Below are positions 12,088 through 23,489 of a stretch of DNA of 64,000 bases, in pieces. The DNA lies in the NCBI GenBank assembly GCA_944388135.1, contig CALXHP010000005.1, forward strand, positions 2,812 through 66,811. The letters run 5' to 3'. The translations under genes and the position numbers were made by a program. Origin of the DNA: an uncultured Gemmiger sp. (GTDB lineage Bacteria > Bacillota > Clostridia > Oscillospirales > Ruminococcaceae). How positions within the stretch are numbered: the stretch's first letter is position 1; each line of letters begins with the position of its first letter. The notes beneath the pieces are model-generated. The model did not search any database. It was not told the DNA's origin and worked only from the letters and a program-made list of their open reading frames with translations.

Positions 12088-12124
12088 CTACCCCATCATT
12101 TTTTTGCAAGGAGACTTTTACCCC

Positions 12125-13528
12125 ATGTATGATCTGGTCATCGTAGGCGCCGGCCCGGCCGGTATTTTCACGGCTCTGGAGCTGCTGCGCAAAAGCGACC
12201 GTCCCCACAAGATCCTGTTGGTGGAAAAGGGCAAACCGGTGGAAAAACGCCATTGCCCCAAGGACAAGACCGGCGTCTGCGTCAACTGCAAGCCCACCTG
12301 CGCCATCACCACCGGATTTTCCGGGGCGGGGGCCTTCTCGGACGGCAAGCTCTCCCTCTCCTACCAGGTGGGCGGTGAACTGCCCGACCTGATCGGCGAG
12401 GATTTTGCCCAGGAACTCATCGACTACACCGACAAGATCTACCTGGAATTCGGTGCCGACCCCAAGGTGGAGGGCATCTACCAGGGCCAGGAGATCAAGG
12501 ACATCCGCAAGCGGGCCATCCAGGCCGGGTTGCAGCTGGTGGACTGCCCCATCCGCCACCTGGGTACCGAGAAAGCCCAGCAGCTCTACCTGAACATCCA
12601 GAATCACCTGCTGGCCGCCGGGGTGGAGATGCTTTTTGAGACAGAGTGTGAAAACATCATTCTGGATGGTCCCTCCTGCAAGGGCGTCATCCTGCGGGAA
12701 AAGACCGGCACCCGGGAAGTCTACGGCCGCCAGGTGGTCATTGCCACCGGCCGCCGGGGCGCCGACTGGCTGGAAAAGATCTGTGCCGAGCACAACATTG
12801 CCCACAAACCCGGCACGGTGGACATCGGCGTCCGGGTGGAATGCCGCAACGAAGTGATGGAGACCATCAACAAGGTGCTCTATGAGGGCAAGCTCATCGG
12901 CTACCCGGCCCCCTGGCGCAACAAGGTGCGCACCTTCTGCCAGAATCCGGGCGGCTTTGTGGCCCAGGAAAACTACGACAACGACCTGGCGGTGGTCAAC
13001 GGCCACAGCTTCAAGGAGAAAAAGAGCGACAACACCAACCTGGCCATTCTGGTGAGCCACAACTTTACCGAGCCCTTCAACCAGCCCATCGCCTACGCCC
13101 AGAAGGTGGGCGAGCTGACCAACATGCTGGGCGCCGGGCACATTCTGGTGCAGCGGTACGGCGACATCCTGGACGGCAAGCGCACCTGGAGCAAGGAACT
13201 GGCCCGGGCCAACGTCCGCCCCACCCTGAAGGACGCCGTGGCCGGTGACATCACCGCCGCCATGCCCTACCGGGCCATGGTGAACATCATCGAATTCATC
13301 AAGATGGTGGACCAGGTGGTGCCGGGTTTTGCCAGCCCCGAAACGCTGCTTTACAGCCCCGAGCTGAAGTTCTACTCCAACAAGGTGAAGATGGATACCG
13401 ACCTGGAGACCAACATCGAAGGTCTGCACTGCCTGGGGGATTCCTCCGGCTGGACCCGCGGCCTGATGATGGCTTCGGTGATGGGCGTGCTGATGGGCCG
13501 CAAACTGATGGAAAAACACGGCTTCTGA
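12125..13528 (+). CDS. FAD-dependent oxidoreductase (uncharacterised NAD(P)/FAD-dependent family)
   Basis: YDLVIVGAGPAG Rossmann motif, CPK..CVNCKPTC cluster, GAGAFSDGK and GDSSGWTRG. Confidence 0.85.
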   Translation: MYDLVIVGAGPAGIFTALELLRKSDRPHKILLVEKGKPVEKRHCPKDKTGVCVNCKPTCAITTGFSGAGAFSDGKLSLSYQVGGELPDLIGEDFAQELIDYTDKIYLEFGADPKVEGIYQGQEIKDIRKRAIQAGLQLVDCPIRHLGTEKAQQLYLNIQNHLLAAGVEMLFETECENIILDGPSCKGVILREKTGTREVYGRQVVIATGRRGADWLEKICAEHNIAHKPGTVDIGVRVECRNEVMETINKVLYEGKLIGYPAPWRNKVRTFCQNPGGFVAQENYDNDLAVVNGHSFKEKKSDNTNLAILVSHNFTEPFNQPIAYAQKVGELTNMLGAGHILVQRYGDILDGKRTWSKELARANVRPTLKDAVAGDITAAMPYRAMVNIIEFIKMVDQVVPGFASPETLLYSPELKFYSNKVKMDTDLETNIEGLHCLGDSSGWTRGLMMASVMGVLMGRKLMEKHGF

Positions 13529-13545
13529 TGCCGTAACGTCCAAAC

Positions 13546-13581
13546 AAAAATCCCCTGCCGGGAGACTCCCGGCAGGGGATT
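13546..13581. terminator. Intrinsic terminator between the convergent oxidoreductase and htrA genes
   Basis: AATCCCCTGCCGGGAG-A-CTCCCGGCAGGGGATT inverted repeat with a T-tract on the minus strand. Confidence 0.8.
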
Positions 13582-13596
13582 CTGCGTATATAGGGA

Positions 13597-15078
13597 TTAC
13601 TGGGTGCTGCTGCCCAGGGTGACGGTGAGGGTCAGGACCTTGCCTTCCCGCTCCACCTGCAGGTTGACGGTGTCGCCCACATTCTTGTCTTTCAGGTAGC
13701 TCTTCACATTGTTGGAAGAGGTAACCGCCGTGTCATCCACGGCAATGATGCGGTCGCCCGCCTGAACGCCTGCGGCCTCGGCACCGCTGCCCGCGGTGAC
13801 CTCCACCACATAGACGCCGGTGGCGCTGACGCCCAGCTGCTGGGCGGTGGCGGCATCCTGCACGTCATAGATCTTGACGCCCAGGGCCGGACGGGCCACC
13901 GAGCCGTTCTGGATCAGCTGCTGGGCAATATCCATGGCGGAGTTGATGGGGATGGCGAAGCCGATGCCCTCGGCCTCGGAGTAGCTGCTCTTGGCGTTGA
14001 CCACGCCGATGAGTTCACCGTTGCCGTTGAAGAGGCCGCCGCCCGAGTTGCCCGGGCTGATGGAGGCGCTGGTCTGGAGCAGCGTCATATCGTTGTCCTC
14101 CACCGTGACTTCACGGTTCAGGGCGCTGATGATGCCGTCGGTCACACTGTTGGAGAGGGTGCCCAGGGGGTTGCCCACAGCCACCACCGTCTCGCCTACG
14201 GCCAGGGCGTCGCTGTCGCCGATGACCGCCGGGGTCAGGCCGGTGGCTTCGATCTTGATGACGGCAATGTCGGAGGTGGAGTCGGAGCCCACCACCGTGG
14301 CGTCATAGGTGTCGCCGCTGTCCAGCTGGACCTTGATGCTGGTGGCGCCGCTGACCACATGGGCGCAGGTCAAGATGTAGCCATCCTGGCTGATGATGAC
14401 GCCGGAACCGGCGCCGCTCTGCACATAGTAGCCGCCGAACCAGGTCTGGGAACCGCTCATCTGCTCGGTGGTGATGGCCACCACGCTGGGGGAGACCAGC
14501 GACGCGATCTGCTGGACGCTCATGGTGGTGCCGTCGGTGCTGTTGGCATTGGTGGCGTCGGAGGTGGTGTCACGCTGGACCTGCTGGACCACCACGGGGG
14601 TGCCGGCCAGGCCGGAACGGCTGGCCACAATGGCGCCGCCGAAACCGCTGCCAAAGCCCAGCACTACCACGCCGACACCTGCCAGGACCCGCAGCAGCAC
14701 CGGATGGCGCTTCTTGGGTTTCTTGGGGGGCTGCTGGGGTGCGCTGGCATAGCTGTACCCGTTGTAGCTGCCGCCATTGCCGCCGTTGCCGCCAAAGCTG
14801 CTGGTGTAGCCGTTGCTGCCGGTGTAGCCCTGGCTGGTCCCGCCGGTATAACCATTCGGCTGGGGGGCCGGGTTGGAGGCGGCACCGGAATTGGGGGTGG
14901 AGTAGTCGGTCTGGGCGGTGTTGGCGGTGTTCATGCCGCTGCTGCCCACATTGGGATAGCTGCTTTGTGCCTGCTGGCTGGTCTCAGGGTTGGTGTGGTC
15001 TGCCGGGGGGGTGCCCTGAGGGGAACCCTCACCCGTTGTATGATTGTAAAGGCCGGAGTAATCAAATTCGTTGCTCAT
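13597..15078 (-). CDS. htrA: HtrA/DegP-like membrane-anchored serine protease with PDZ domain
   Basis: Low-complexity N-terminus, one TM, catalytic triad TCAHVV / SDIAV / SPGNSGG, and a C-terminal PDZ domain. Start at MSNEF after a GAAAGGAAGG RBS. Confidence 0.92.
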   Translation of the reverse strand: MSNEFDYSGLYNHTTGEGSPQGTPPADHTNPETSQQAQSSYPNVGSSGMNTANTAQTDYSTPNSGAASNPAPQPNGYTGGTSQGYTGSNGYTSSFGGNGGNGGSYNGYSYASAPQQPPKKPKKRHPVLLRVLAGVGVVVLGFGSGFGGAIVASRSGLAGTPVVVQQVQRDTTSDATNANSTDGTTMSVQQIASLVSPSVVAITTEQMSGSQTWFGGYYVQSGAGSGVIISQDGYILTCAHVVSGATSIKVQLDSGDTYDATVVGSDSTSDIAVIKIEATGLTPAVIGDSDALAVGETVVAVGNPLGTLSNSVTDGIISALNREVTVEDNDMTLLQTSASISPGNSGGGLFNGNGELIGVVNAKSSYSEAEGIGFAIPINSAMDIAQQLIQNGSVARPALGVKIYDVQDAATAQQLGVSATGVYVVEVTAGSGAEAAGVQAGDRIIAVDDTAVTSSNNVKSYLKDKNVGDTVNLQVEREGKVLTLTVTLGSSTQ

Positions 15079-15304
15079 ACGGGTCCTTCCTTTCCGATTT
15101 CTTTTGGAGGGGTCTTTCACCGTCTCTGGTAAAGAGTATACCCGCGAATTGTGAAATAGGTTTCGTTTGTGGGTGAAAAGAATGTGAAAAGCCGGGCTAT
15201 TTTGGCCCTTTTTGCCCCCATTTTCACATATTTTATCATTTTTGGCACCACTTGACAATGCCTGGCGGGGCCTGTATCCTTTTCAAAGAGAGAGGTGTTA
15301 CGGT

Positions 15305-16153
15305 ATGCAGATCCGCCGCGAAGGTCCGGTCTGGACCTTGTACAAGGAAAAAACGCCCATCGGCAGTGCCCGTCTGGAAGAGGGCGCCCTGTGGGTGGAG
15401 ATCGACCCCGCCTGGCGGCGCCGGGGGTACGGCAGTTATCTCGTCAAGGAACTGCTGCGGGCCCACGGCGGCCTGGACCCCAAGGCGGAGACCCGGTTCA
15501 CCGCCCCCCTGCCCGCCGACGAAGCCGCCCGGGCCCTGGCCGCCAAGTTCGACTTCCGGCCCGACGGGGACAAACTGGTGCGCCGCCGGGTGCCCGATCT
15601 TTCGGCGGTGGGGCTTTGCCATGAATTTCTCACCGCCCACCTGGCCCCGGGCGGTTTTTACATCGACGCCACCTGCGGCAACGGTCACGATACGGAATTT
15701 CTCTGCCGTCTGGCAGGGCCCTCGGGCCGGGTCCTGGCCCTGGACATCCAGCTCCGGGCGGTGGAAACCACCAATGCCCGGCTGGCCGCCGCCGGGCTGG
15801 GAGCCGTCGGCCGGGCGGTGGTGGCCGACCATGCCCGGCTGGGGGAGCTGGCCGCCCCCGGCAGTGCCGACTGCGTCCTCTTCAACTTCGGCTGGCTGCC
15901 GGGGGCCGACCACCAGGTCCACTCCACGGCGGCGGGCAGCCTGCCCGCCCTGCAGGCGGCCCTGGAGCTGCTCAAACCCCGGGGAATCCTGGCGGCGGTG
16001 CTCTACAGCGGGCAGGTCATCGGCGACGGGGAAAAACAGGCCGCCCTGGCCTTTTTCCGTTCCCTGCCCCTGACCCGGTACACCGTGCTGGTCTGTGAGT
16101 TTGCCAACTGGGCCCACACCGCCCCCCTGCCCTGTTTTATCCTGAAACGCTGA
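15305..16153 (+). CDS. GNAT-like domain fused to a YtqB/MnmM-like SAM-dependent RNA methyltransferase
   Basis: N-terminal VEIDPAWRRRGYGSYL (acetyl-CoA motif A). C-terminal IDATCGNGHDT, ALDIQ and FNFGWLPGADH. Confidence 0.78.
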   Translation: MQIRREGPVWTLYKEKTPIGSARLEEGALWVEIDPAWRRRGYGSYLVKELLRAHGGLDPKAETRFTAPLPADEAARALAAKFDFRPDGDKLVRRRVPDLSAVGLCHEFLTAHLAPGGFYIDATCGNGHDTEFLCRLAGPSGRVLALDIQLRAVETTNARLAAAGLGAVGRAVVADHARLGELAAPGSADCVLFNFGWLPGADHQVHSTAAGSLPALQAALELLKPRGILAAVLYSGQVIGDGEKQAALAFFRSLPLTRYTVLVCEFANWAHTAPLPCFILKR

Positions 16154-16174
16154 CCTGAAAGGAGGTCCCGCCCC

Positions 16175-18322
16175 GTGGAGGAATCCACCTTTGCCGCCCG
16201 GTATCTGGCGACGTTCCATCCCCAGCAGCAGGCGGCGGTGACCGCCGTGGAGGGGCCGGTGCTGCTGCTGGCCGTGCCGGGCAGCGGCAAGACCACCGTG
16301 CTGGTGACCCGGCTGGGGTATATGGTCCTCTGCCGGGGCATCGCCCCCGGGGAGATCCTTACCATGACCTACACGGTGGCCGCCACCCGGGAGATGCGCA
16401 GCCGGTTTGCCGCCCGGTTCGGGGCGGACCTGGCGGGACGGATGCAGTTCCGCACCATCAACGGGGTATCGGCGGTGGTGCTGCAATACTACAGCCGCCG
16501 CTACGGCCGCCAGCAGCCCCAGCTCGTCACCCGGGAGGGGGACCTGACCCGGCTGCTGACCCAGATCTACCAGCAAGTCAGCGATGATTTCCCCACCGAG
16601 AGCACCCTGAAAGAGTTGCGCACCGCCATCACCTACATCAAGAATATGGCCCTGGACGAGGAGGGCATCGCCGCCCTGGAAACCGACCTGCCCAATCTGC
16701 CCCAGCTCTACCGCCGGTACCAGGGGGAGCTGAAGCGCCGGGGCTGGATGGACTACGACGACCAGATGGTCTTTGCCCTTCAGATCCTGCGGGCGGTGCC
16801 GGCGGTGCTGGGCTATTTCCAGGACCGGTACCGGTACTTCTGCGTGGATGAATCCCAGGACACCTCCAAGATCCAGCACGAGATCATCGCCCTGCTGGCC
16901 GGGCGGTCCCGCAACCTCTTTATGGTGGGGGACGAGGACCAGAGCATCTACGGCTTCCGGGCGGCCTATCCCCAGGCCCTGATGGACTTTGAGAAGGTCT
17001 GGCCGGGGGCCCGGGTACTGCTCATGGAGCGAAACTACCGCTCGGGCAGCGAGATCGTAGAGGCAGCCAACCACTTTGTGGCCCGCAACCGGTACCGCCG
17101 CCCCAAGGTGATGGAAGCTACCTGCGGCAGCCGGGGTCCTTTGGAGATCGTTCCCATCCGGCGGCGGGAGGACCAGGTCACCTGGCTCTTCGACCGGGTC
17201 CAGCGGGGGGAGAAGCTGGCGGTGCTCTTCCGCAACAACGAAAGCGCCCTGCCCCTCATCGACCTCTGTGAGCGGCACAGCCTGGCCTACCGTTTTTCCA
17301 AGAACGACCTGACCTTCTTCACCGACAAGATCGTACTGGACGTGGAGGATTTTCTGACCTTTGCCCGCCAGCCCCGGGACGGGGAACGGTTCATGCGGCT
17401 CTACTATAAGATGGGGCTGCCGGTAGCCCGGCGGCAGGCCCTCTACGCCTGTGCCCAGAGCGCCCGCAGCGGACGCCCCATTCCGGAGGAACTGCTGCGC
17501 TGCCCCGATGTGAGCCACCGGGTGCGGGGCGGCCTGGCGGATGTATGGGCGGCTTTGCGGCAGCTGCCCGGGGCCACGGCGGTGCAGGCCCTGGACACCC
17601 TGCGGGACGGCGTGGGCTACGGGGCCTATCTGGAGCAAAAAAAGATGGACAGCGGCAAACTGTCCATCCTGGGGCTGCTGGCGGAACAGGAACCCACCCC
17701 CGACCGGCTGCTGGCCCGGCTGGAGGAGCTCCAGGCCCTGCTGGCCGACCACCAGGACCTGCCGGAAGCCCTGCTGACCCTTTCCACCATCCATTCCAGC
17801 AAGGGGCTGGAATACGACAGTGTGGTGTTGCTGGATGTCTTTGACGGCATTCTGCCCGCCCAGCTGGAGGTCTGCTGCCGCACACCGGAGGAGACCCGCC
17901 ACTACGAGGAGGACCGCCGCCTCTACTATGTGGCCATGACCCGGGCCAAAAACCGGCTGGTCCTCTTTGACTGTGCTTCGATGCCCTCGGTGTTCACCCA
18001 GGAGGTGCTCTTCTCTCTGCCCGAAGCCCGGGCCCGGCGGGAGCGCCAGGCTACCGAGACCGCCCGAATACAGGGAAAGCCCGTTTCTCCTTTTTCTTCC
18101 ACCCTGCTGCCGGACCGGCAGCCCGCCCAGGCCGCCCCGGTGGAGCTGGGTGCCCTGGCCCGGGTGGGGGCGGCGGTGGAACACGCCGTCTTTGGTCGGG
18201 GCACCGTCACCGAGGTGAACGGCCGGTTCCTCACCATTCAGTTCGGGGACGGCCGCCCCCGCCGCCTGGACGGTCCCACGGTGGCGGAACATCACCTGCT
18301 CTGGCCGGTGGAAACTTCCTGA
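16175..18322 (+). CDS. UvrD/PcrA-family ATP-dependent DNA helicase
   Basis: AVPGSGKT, VDESQD, VGDEDQSIYGFR, NYRS, STIHSSKGLE and RLYYVAMTRAK, plus a C-terminal Tudor-like VEHAVFGRGTV. Confidence 0.93.
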   Translation: MEESTFAARYLATFHPQQQAAVTAVEGPVLLLAVPGSGKTTVLVTRLGYMVLCRGIAPGEILTMTYTVAATREMRSRFAARFGADLAGRMQFRTINGVSAVVLQYYSRRYGRQQPQLVTREGDLTRLLTQIYQQVSDDFPTESTLKELRTAITYIKNMALDEEGIAALETDLPNLPQLYRRYQGELKRRGWMDYDDQMVFALQILRAVPAVLGYFQDRYRYFCVDESQDTSKIQHEIIALLAGRSRNLFMVGDEDQSIYGFRAAYPQALMDFEKVWPGARVLLMERNYRSGSEIVEAANHFVARNRYRRPKVMEATCGSRGPLEIVPIRRREDQVTWLFDRVQRGEKLAVLFRNNESALPLIDLCERHSLAYRFSKNDLTFFTDKIVLDVEDFLTFARQPRDGERFMRLYYKMGLPVARRQALYACAQSARSGRPIPEELLRCPDVSHRVRGGLADVWAALRQLPGATAVQALDTLRDGVGYGAYLEQKKMDSGKLSILGLLAEQEPTPDRLLARLEELQALLADHQDLPEALLTLSTIHSSKGLEYDSVVLLDVFDGILPAQLEVCCRTPEETRHYEEDRRLYYVAMTRAKNRLVLFDCASMPSVFTQEVLFSLPEARARRERQATETARIQGKPVSPFSSTLLPDRQPAQAAPVELGALARVGAAVEHAVFGRGTVTEVNGRFLTIQFGDGRPRRLDGPTVAEHHLLWPVETS

Positions 18323-18368
18323 ACTTAAAAACGCCTCACCGCTGTATGGCGGCGGGGCGTTTGCACTT

Positions 18369-19889
18369 TTACAGGAAAAGGACCACGATCTTCTGGCCCG
18401 ATTCATAGCAGGCATACCGGGAATTCTGCAGCAGAAGATGTTCATCGGTGCAGGCAGCGGTGTCCTCCTCGGTCAGGCCCACGATCTCCAGATCATATTG
18501 CAGATAGTGGTAGACCCAGGCACCGCCCAGCCAGGTGCTGTTGGTAAAGCAGGGCTGGATCAGCTCCTCCAGGAAGGGGTAATGGCTGCAGATCATCTGC
18601 ACTTCCCGGGGGCGGGGTGCCGTGCCCACAAAGCTCAGCTGGGTGTAGTTGCCCGCCCCGTTGATGGTCTCACAGTCGTGGGCGATCTGGGTCACCAGGT
18701 AGATCTCATACTCCTTCTGGCTTTTCAGGGCATTGCCGTAGGCGTACAGATAGCAGGTCTGGCAGAGCAGGCAGGCCCCCAGCAGCACCCCGGCCACCGC
18801 CCGGCGGCGGGGCACCGCCCACAGCCACAGCAGCCCGATGAACAGCATGGCACCGCCGCAGGCCAGGAACATCCGGGCGGAGCATTCCATATTCTGCAAA
18901 ACGATCAGGGGCAGGTAGCTGGCAAACAGCACCCCCAGGGGGGAGAGTACCAGCACCGCGCAGCCCAGCACCTTGCGCACCGGCCCGGCCTGGCTCTGCC
19001 GCCAGAACCGCCACAGGGCGGCGGCCACCGCCCCCACCACCGTGATCACCAGCACAGCCCGGTAGAGCGCCGGGGCCATCCGCAGCCGTTCCCGGATGTA
19101 ATAGGCTGCACTGAGGGTATTGGTCACCACGGTGGCCACCGTACCGGAGCCGCCCACCGTGCGGGAAGCCTCCTGCCGCCAGCCTTCGGCGTCCACAAAG
19201 CGGGGAGCCACCGCCAGCAGATAGACCACTGCCCCCAGGGCCACGCCGCCCAGCCGCCAGAGTTCCGGCCCCAGTTCCTTCCACCAACCGCCCGGCAGTT
19301 CCCGGCCGCCCAGCCATTGGAGCAGCCGGAACACCAGCCAGATGCCCGCCAGCACCAGGAACATCCCCGCCGCCGGCTGGTACAGGTCCATGACCAGCAG
19401 GGCAGCCACCGCCCCGGCCAGGGCCAGCCACGGCCCGCTCAGCGTAGACGGCAGGGCGTAAAGCAGGAAGCAGAAGGCCAGAGCCAGCAGCATGGTCAGG
19501 CAGTCGAATTTATAGGAAAGATTGGCCATGGCAAAGGGCTGGGCCAGCACCAGGCCCAGGGCCAGGGTGGCCAGGCGGCTTTGCCACAGCCCGGGGAAGG
19601 CCTGCCGGGCGTACAGGGTCATGGCGTAGGCAAGGGCCGCCAGACCCAGCAGCATAGGCAGCGGGGACAAATCCACAATGGTGGTGCCGCCCCCGGCCAG
19701 CAGTTCCATGATCCATTCGGTCAGGGGGCGGCCGTCCCCCGCCCAGCCGGTAGCACCGTAGAGCGACCGGGCCAGATCGTCCTGATAGTAGCGGTCTGCC
19801 AGCAGAATGGGCAGCACATAGATAAGACTTCCCACCGCCAGCAAGCCGAATCGGCGCCGTTCGGGGGCCTCCAGTTTCCACCAGTTCAT
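18369..19889 (-). CDS. GtrII-like (GT-C) polytopic glucosyltransferase
   Basis: N-terminal YYQDDLAR...GWAGDGRPL, DLSPLP, NLSYKFD and LYQPAAG motifs, about 11 TM segments and a C-terminal soluble domain. Confidence 0.78.
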   Translation of the reverse strand: MNWWKLEAPERRRFGLLAVGSLIYVLPILLADRYYQDDLARSLYGATGWAGDGRPLTEWIMELLAGGGTTIVDLSPLPMLLGLAALAYAMTLYARQAFPGLWQSRLATLALGLVLAQPFAMANLSYKFDCLTMLLALAFCFLLYALPSTLSGPWLALAGAVAALLVMDLYQPAAGMFLVLAGIWLVFRLLQWLGGRELPGGWWKELGPELWRLGGVALGAVVYLLAVAPRFVDAEGWRQEASRTVGGSGTVATVVTNTLSAAYYIRERLRMAPALYRAVLVITVVGAVAAALWRFWRQSQAGPVRKVLGCAVLVLSPLGVLFASYLPLIVLQNMECSARMFLACGGAMLFIGLLWLWAVPRRRAVAGVLLGACLLCQTCYLYAYGNALKSQKEYEIYLVTQIAHDCETINGAGNYTQLSFVGTAPRPREVQMICSHYPFLEELIQPCFTNSTWLGGAWVYHYLQYDLEIVGLTEEDTAACTDEHLLLQNSRYACYESGQKIVVLFL

Positions 19890-20029
19890 CCTGTTCCTCC
19901 TCAGGGGCGCCTTTTGCCCTGCGCCCCACATCCGGAACCGGAAGGGCGCCGCAGCCCTTCCGGTTTCTTTCCATTCCTTTTGGTTCCAGTATACCACGCC
20001 CGCCGCCGGGCCGCAACGGCAGCCCATAC

Positions 20030-20063
20030 AAAACGTCCCCGCAGCCTTCCGGCCGCGGGGCAT
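20030..20063 (-). terminator. Terminator hairpin, near-identical to 21616-21653
   Basis: AAAACGTCCCCGCAGCC-TTCC-GGCCGCGGGGCAT, directly downstream of the 20068 stop codon. Confidence 0.7.
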
Positions 20064-20067
20064 ATAG

Positions 20068-21540
20068 TCAGCAATTCACCGATACCATGTGGATACCCAG
20101 AGGGCTTTCCCGGATACAGAGGTCCACCGCTTCCTCCGGCTGGGGCAGATCGGAAACCGCCCCGTACCAGGTAGCGGTGTAGCGCCGCCCCTCCCACTGG
20201 AAGGTCAGGCTGGCGTAGTCCTGTTCCGGTTCCGGCGCCTGGACCTCCACCACGGTGCCCTGGTCGGGGTAGGCCTTTCTGGTCAGCGCCAGATTGAGGC
20301 CGAAGCCCATGGGGAAGGCCATCAGGGCCGCCAGCACCAGGACCGTTCCCCGGCCCCGGGTCAGCGGGCGGGGACGGCGAATTTCGCAGAGCAGGACCAG
20401 CAGGACCGCCAGCGCCACACAGAGCAGCGCCATCCGCTCGGGACGGCCTACCAGAAAGGCCATGGATTCCGCCACGGCCCACAGCAGCGCCCCCACTACA
20501 GGCAGGAAGGCGCCGCCCAGCCCCACATGCATCTGCCGCCAGGCTGGGGTGGCCACAACCTGCCGGCGGGAGCTCAGGCGGGGTCTGCGGGGATAATGTC
20601 TCCATACAAAGATCCGGGGCCAGACCAGGTACGCCCCGAAAAAGACCAGGGGCAACCAGCAGGCCAGCAGCGAAGCCGGGCGCAGCCCCAGCAGGCCCAG
20701 GCCATACACCAGCAGCCACCACTGGGCCAGCAGCGCCACCGGCGGGGTCAGCCAGGCAAAGAGGCGCAGCAGCGGCAGCCAGCGGTGGGCCGGGGTCCGG
20801 TCCTCTTCCGTCCAGTCCAGCACCCGGCAGGTCCGGGGGGTGGGCAGCCCCATCCGGCGGCGGGTCTCCTCGCCGGTGCCGGCCACCTTCTGTGCCTCCA
20901 GCCAGTCCAGCAGAGCCACCTCGTTGACCATTCCATGGCCAAAATGGTAGAGGGTATTGCCCGCTCCATCGCAGACATAATACCGCGCCAGAGCCGGACG
21001 GATACGCACCGCCGCCGGAAAAGCCTCCGTCTTGTGGTGACGGCCCAGCACATCCCACCATTCGGCGCTGCCGTCCGGTGACAGCAGCAGCAGTTCATTG
21101 CCGGAAGCCACCAGGTAGTAGGCCAGCATCACCATGACCAGAAGAAAAATCCCCAGCGTGGGCAGGCGCTCTGCCAGGGCGGCTGCCGGGTCGGGCTCTT
21201 CCAAAAGCGCCCGGGGCGCCAGCAGCCAGAAAAAAAGCAACACCAGCAGCTCCACGGTCATGAACGGCGACAGGGCCTTCTTGTTGAAAACCGCCAGTTC
21301 CTCCGGCCGCTGTTCCCGCCGGGCGGGACTGTCCAGCAGCATCCAGAGGGCGGGCAGCACCCCCAGCAGCAGAATTCCCGCCATCGGCCCCGCCTGGGGC
21401 AGGGGCTGCAGCCGCTGCCACCAGAAGTAGGCGCCGGCCACCGAGCCCACCAGCAGCACCGCACCGCTGCCCCGCTGCAAAGACCGCCGGAACGTCTGCC
21501 TGCCCTGCCATCGGGGCAGCTTCTCGGGAAAGCTCTTCAT
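20068..21540 (-). CDS. Hypothetical multi-pass membrane protein
   Basis: Long ORF with two TM clusters separated by a soluble segment. No family recognised. Confidence 0.65.
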   Translation of the reverse strand: MKSFPEKLPRWQGRQTFRRSLQRGSGAVLLVGSVAGAYFWWQRLQPLPQAGPMAGILLLGVLPALWMLLDSPARREQRPEELAVFNKKALSPFMTVELLVLLFFWLLAPRALLEEPDPAAALAERLPTLGIFLLVMVMLAYYLVASGNELLLLSPDGSAEWWDVLGRHHKTEAFPAAVRIRPALARYYVCDGAGNTLYHFGHGMVNEVALLDWLEAQKVAGTGEETRRRMGLPTPRTCRVLDWTEEDRTPAHRWLPLLRLFAWLTPPVALLAQWWLLVYGLGLLGLRPASLLACWLPLVFFGAYLVWPRIFVWRHYPRRPRLSSRRQVVATPAWRQMHVGLGGAFLPVVGALLWAVAESMAFLVGRPERMALLCVALAVLLVLLCEIRRPRPLTRGRGTVLVLAALMAFPMGFGLNLALTRKAYPDQGTVVEVQAPEPEQDYASLTFQWEGRRYTATWYGAVSDLPQPEEAVDLCIRESPLGIHMVSVNC

Positions 21541-21615
21541 GATCCGCACCACCTTTTTTTGGCTCTTTCTTTCAGTATACCATAAAATAAAGCGGTATGC
21601 CCCCGACACAGTTGT

Positions 21616-21653
21616 AAAAAACGCCCCCGCAGCCTTGCGGCCGCGGGGGCGTT
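21616..21653 (-). terminator. Intrinsic terminator of pckA
   Basis: AACGCCCCCGCAGCC-TTGC-GGCCGCGGGGGCGTT with T6 on the minus strand. Confidence 0.8.
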
Positions 21654-21686
21654 ATCATGCTATGGATTCAGGCAACGGCCTTGGGA

Positions 21687-23291
<1,605 letters not shown>

Positions 23292-23489
23292 GTTACATAT
23301 ACCTCTTTCTCTATACATTTGGCCGGGACGATCCGGCGGCCGGCTGGGCCGCCGACCGAACGCGATGAGAGACTACCGACCCTTGTCCCCCATGTTATTT
23401 TTATTATACATGATTCCCCGTCAAAAGCAATAATAAAAACTTTAAAAAAATTGTGACTTTTCCACTTTTCGACCCGTTCCGGCGCCCTT

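Noticed and set aside
14730-15060. Gly/Asn/Ser/Tyr-rich quasi-repeats in htrA
   Set aside because: An ordinary disordered cytoplasmic N-terminus of Firmicute HtrA proteins, not a DNA repeat element.
16175-18322. UvrD helicase as part of an anti-phage system such as Gabija
   Set aside because: It is a full-length PcrA-like protein with a C-terminal Tudor-like domain and no adjacent OLD/TOPRIM nuclease, in a housekeeping context.
23300-23395. GC-rich hairpin (GGCGGCC/GGCCGCC) in the pckA leader as a riboswitch
   Set aside because: No recognisable aptamer consensus or expression platform. A single short stem is expected by chance at this GC content. An Rfam scan would settle it.
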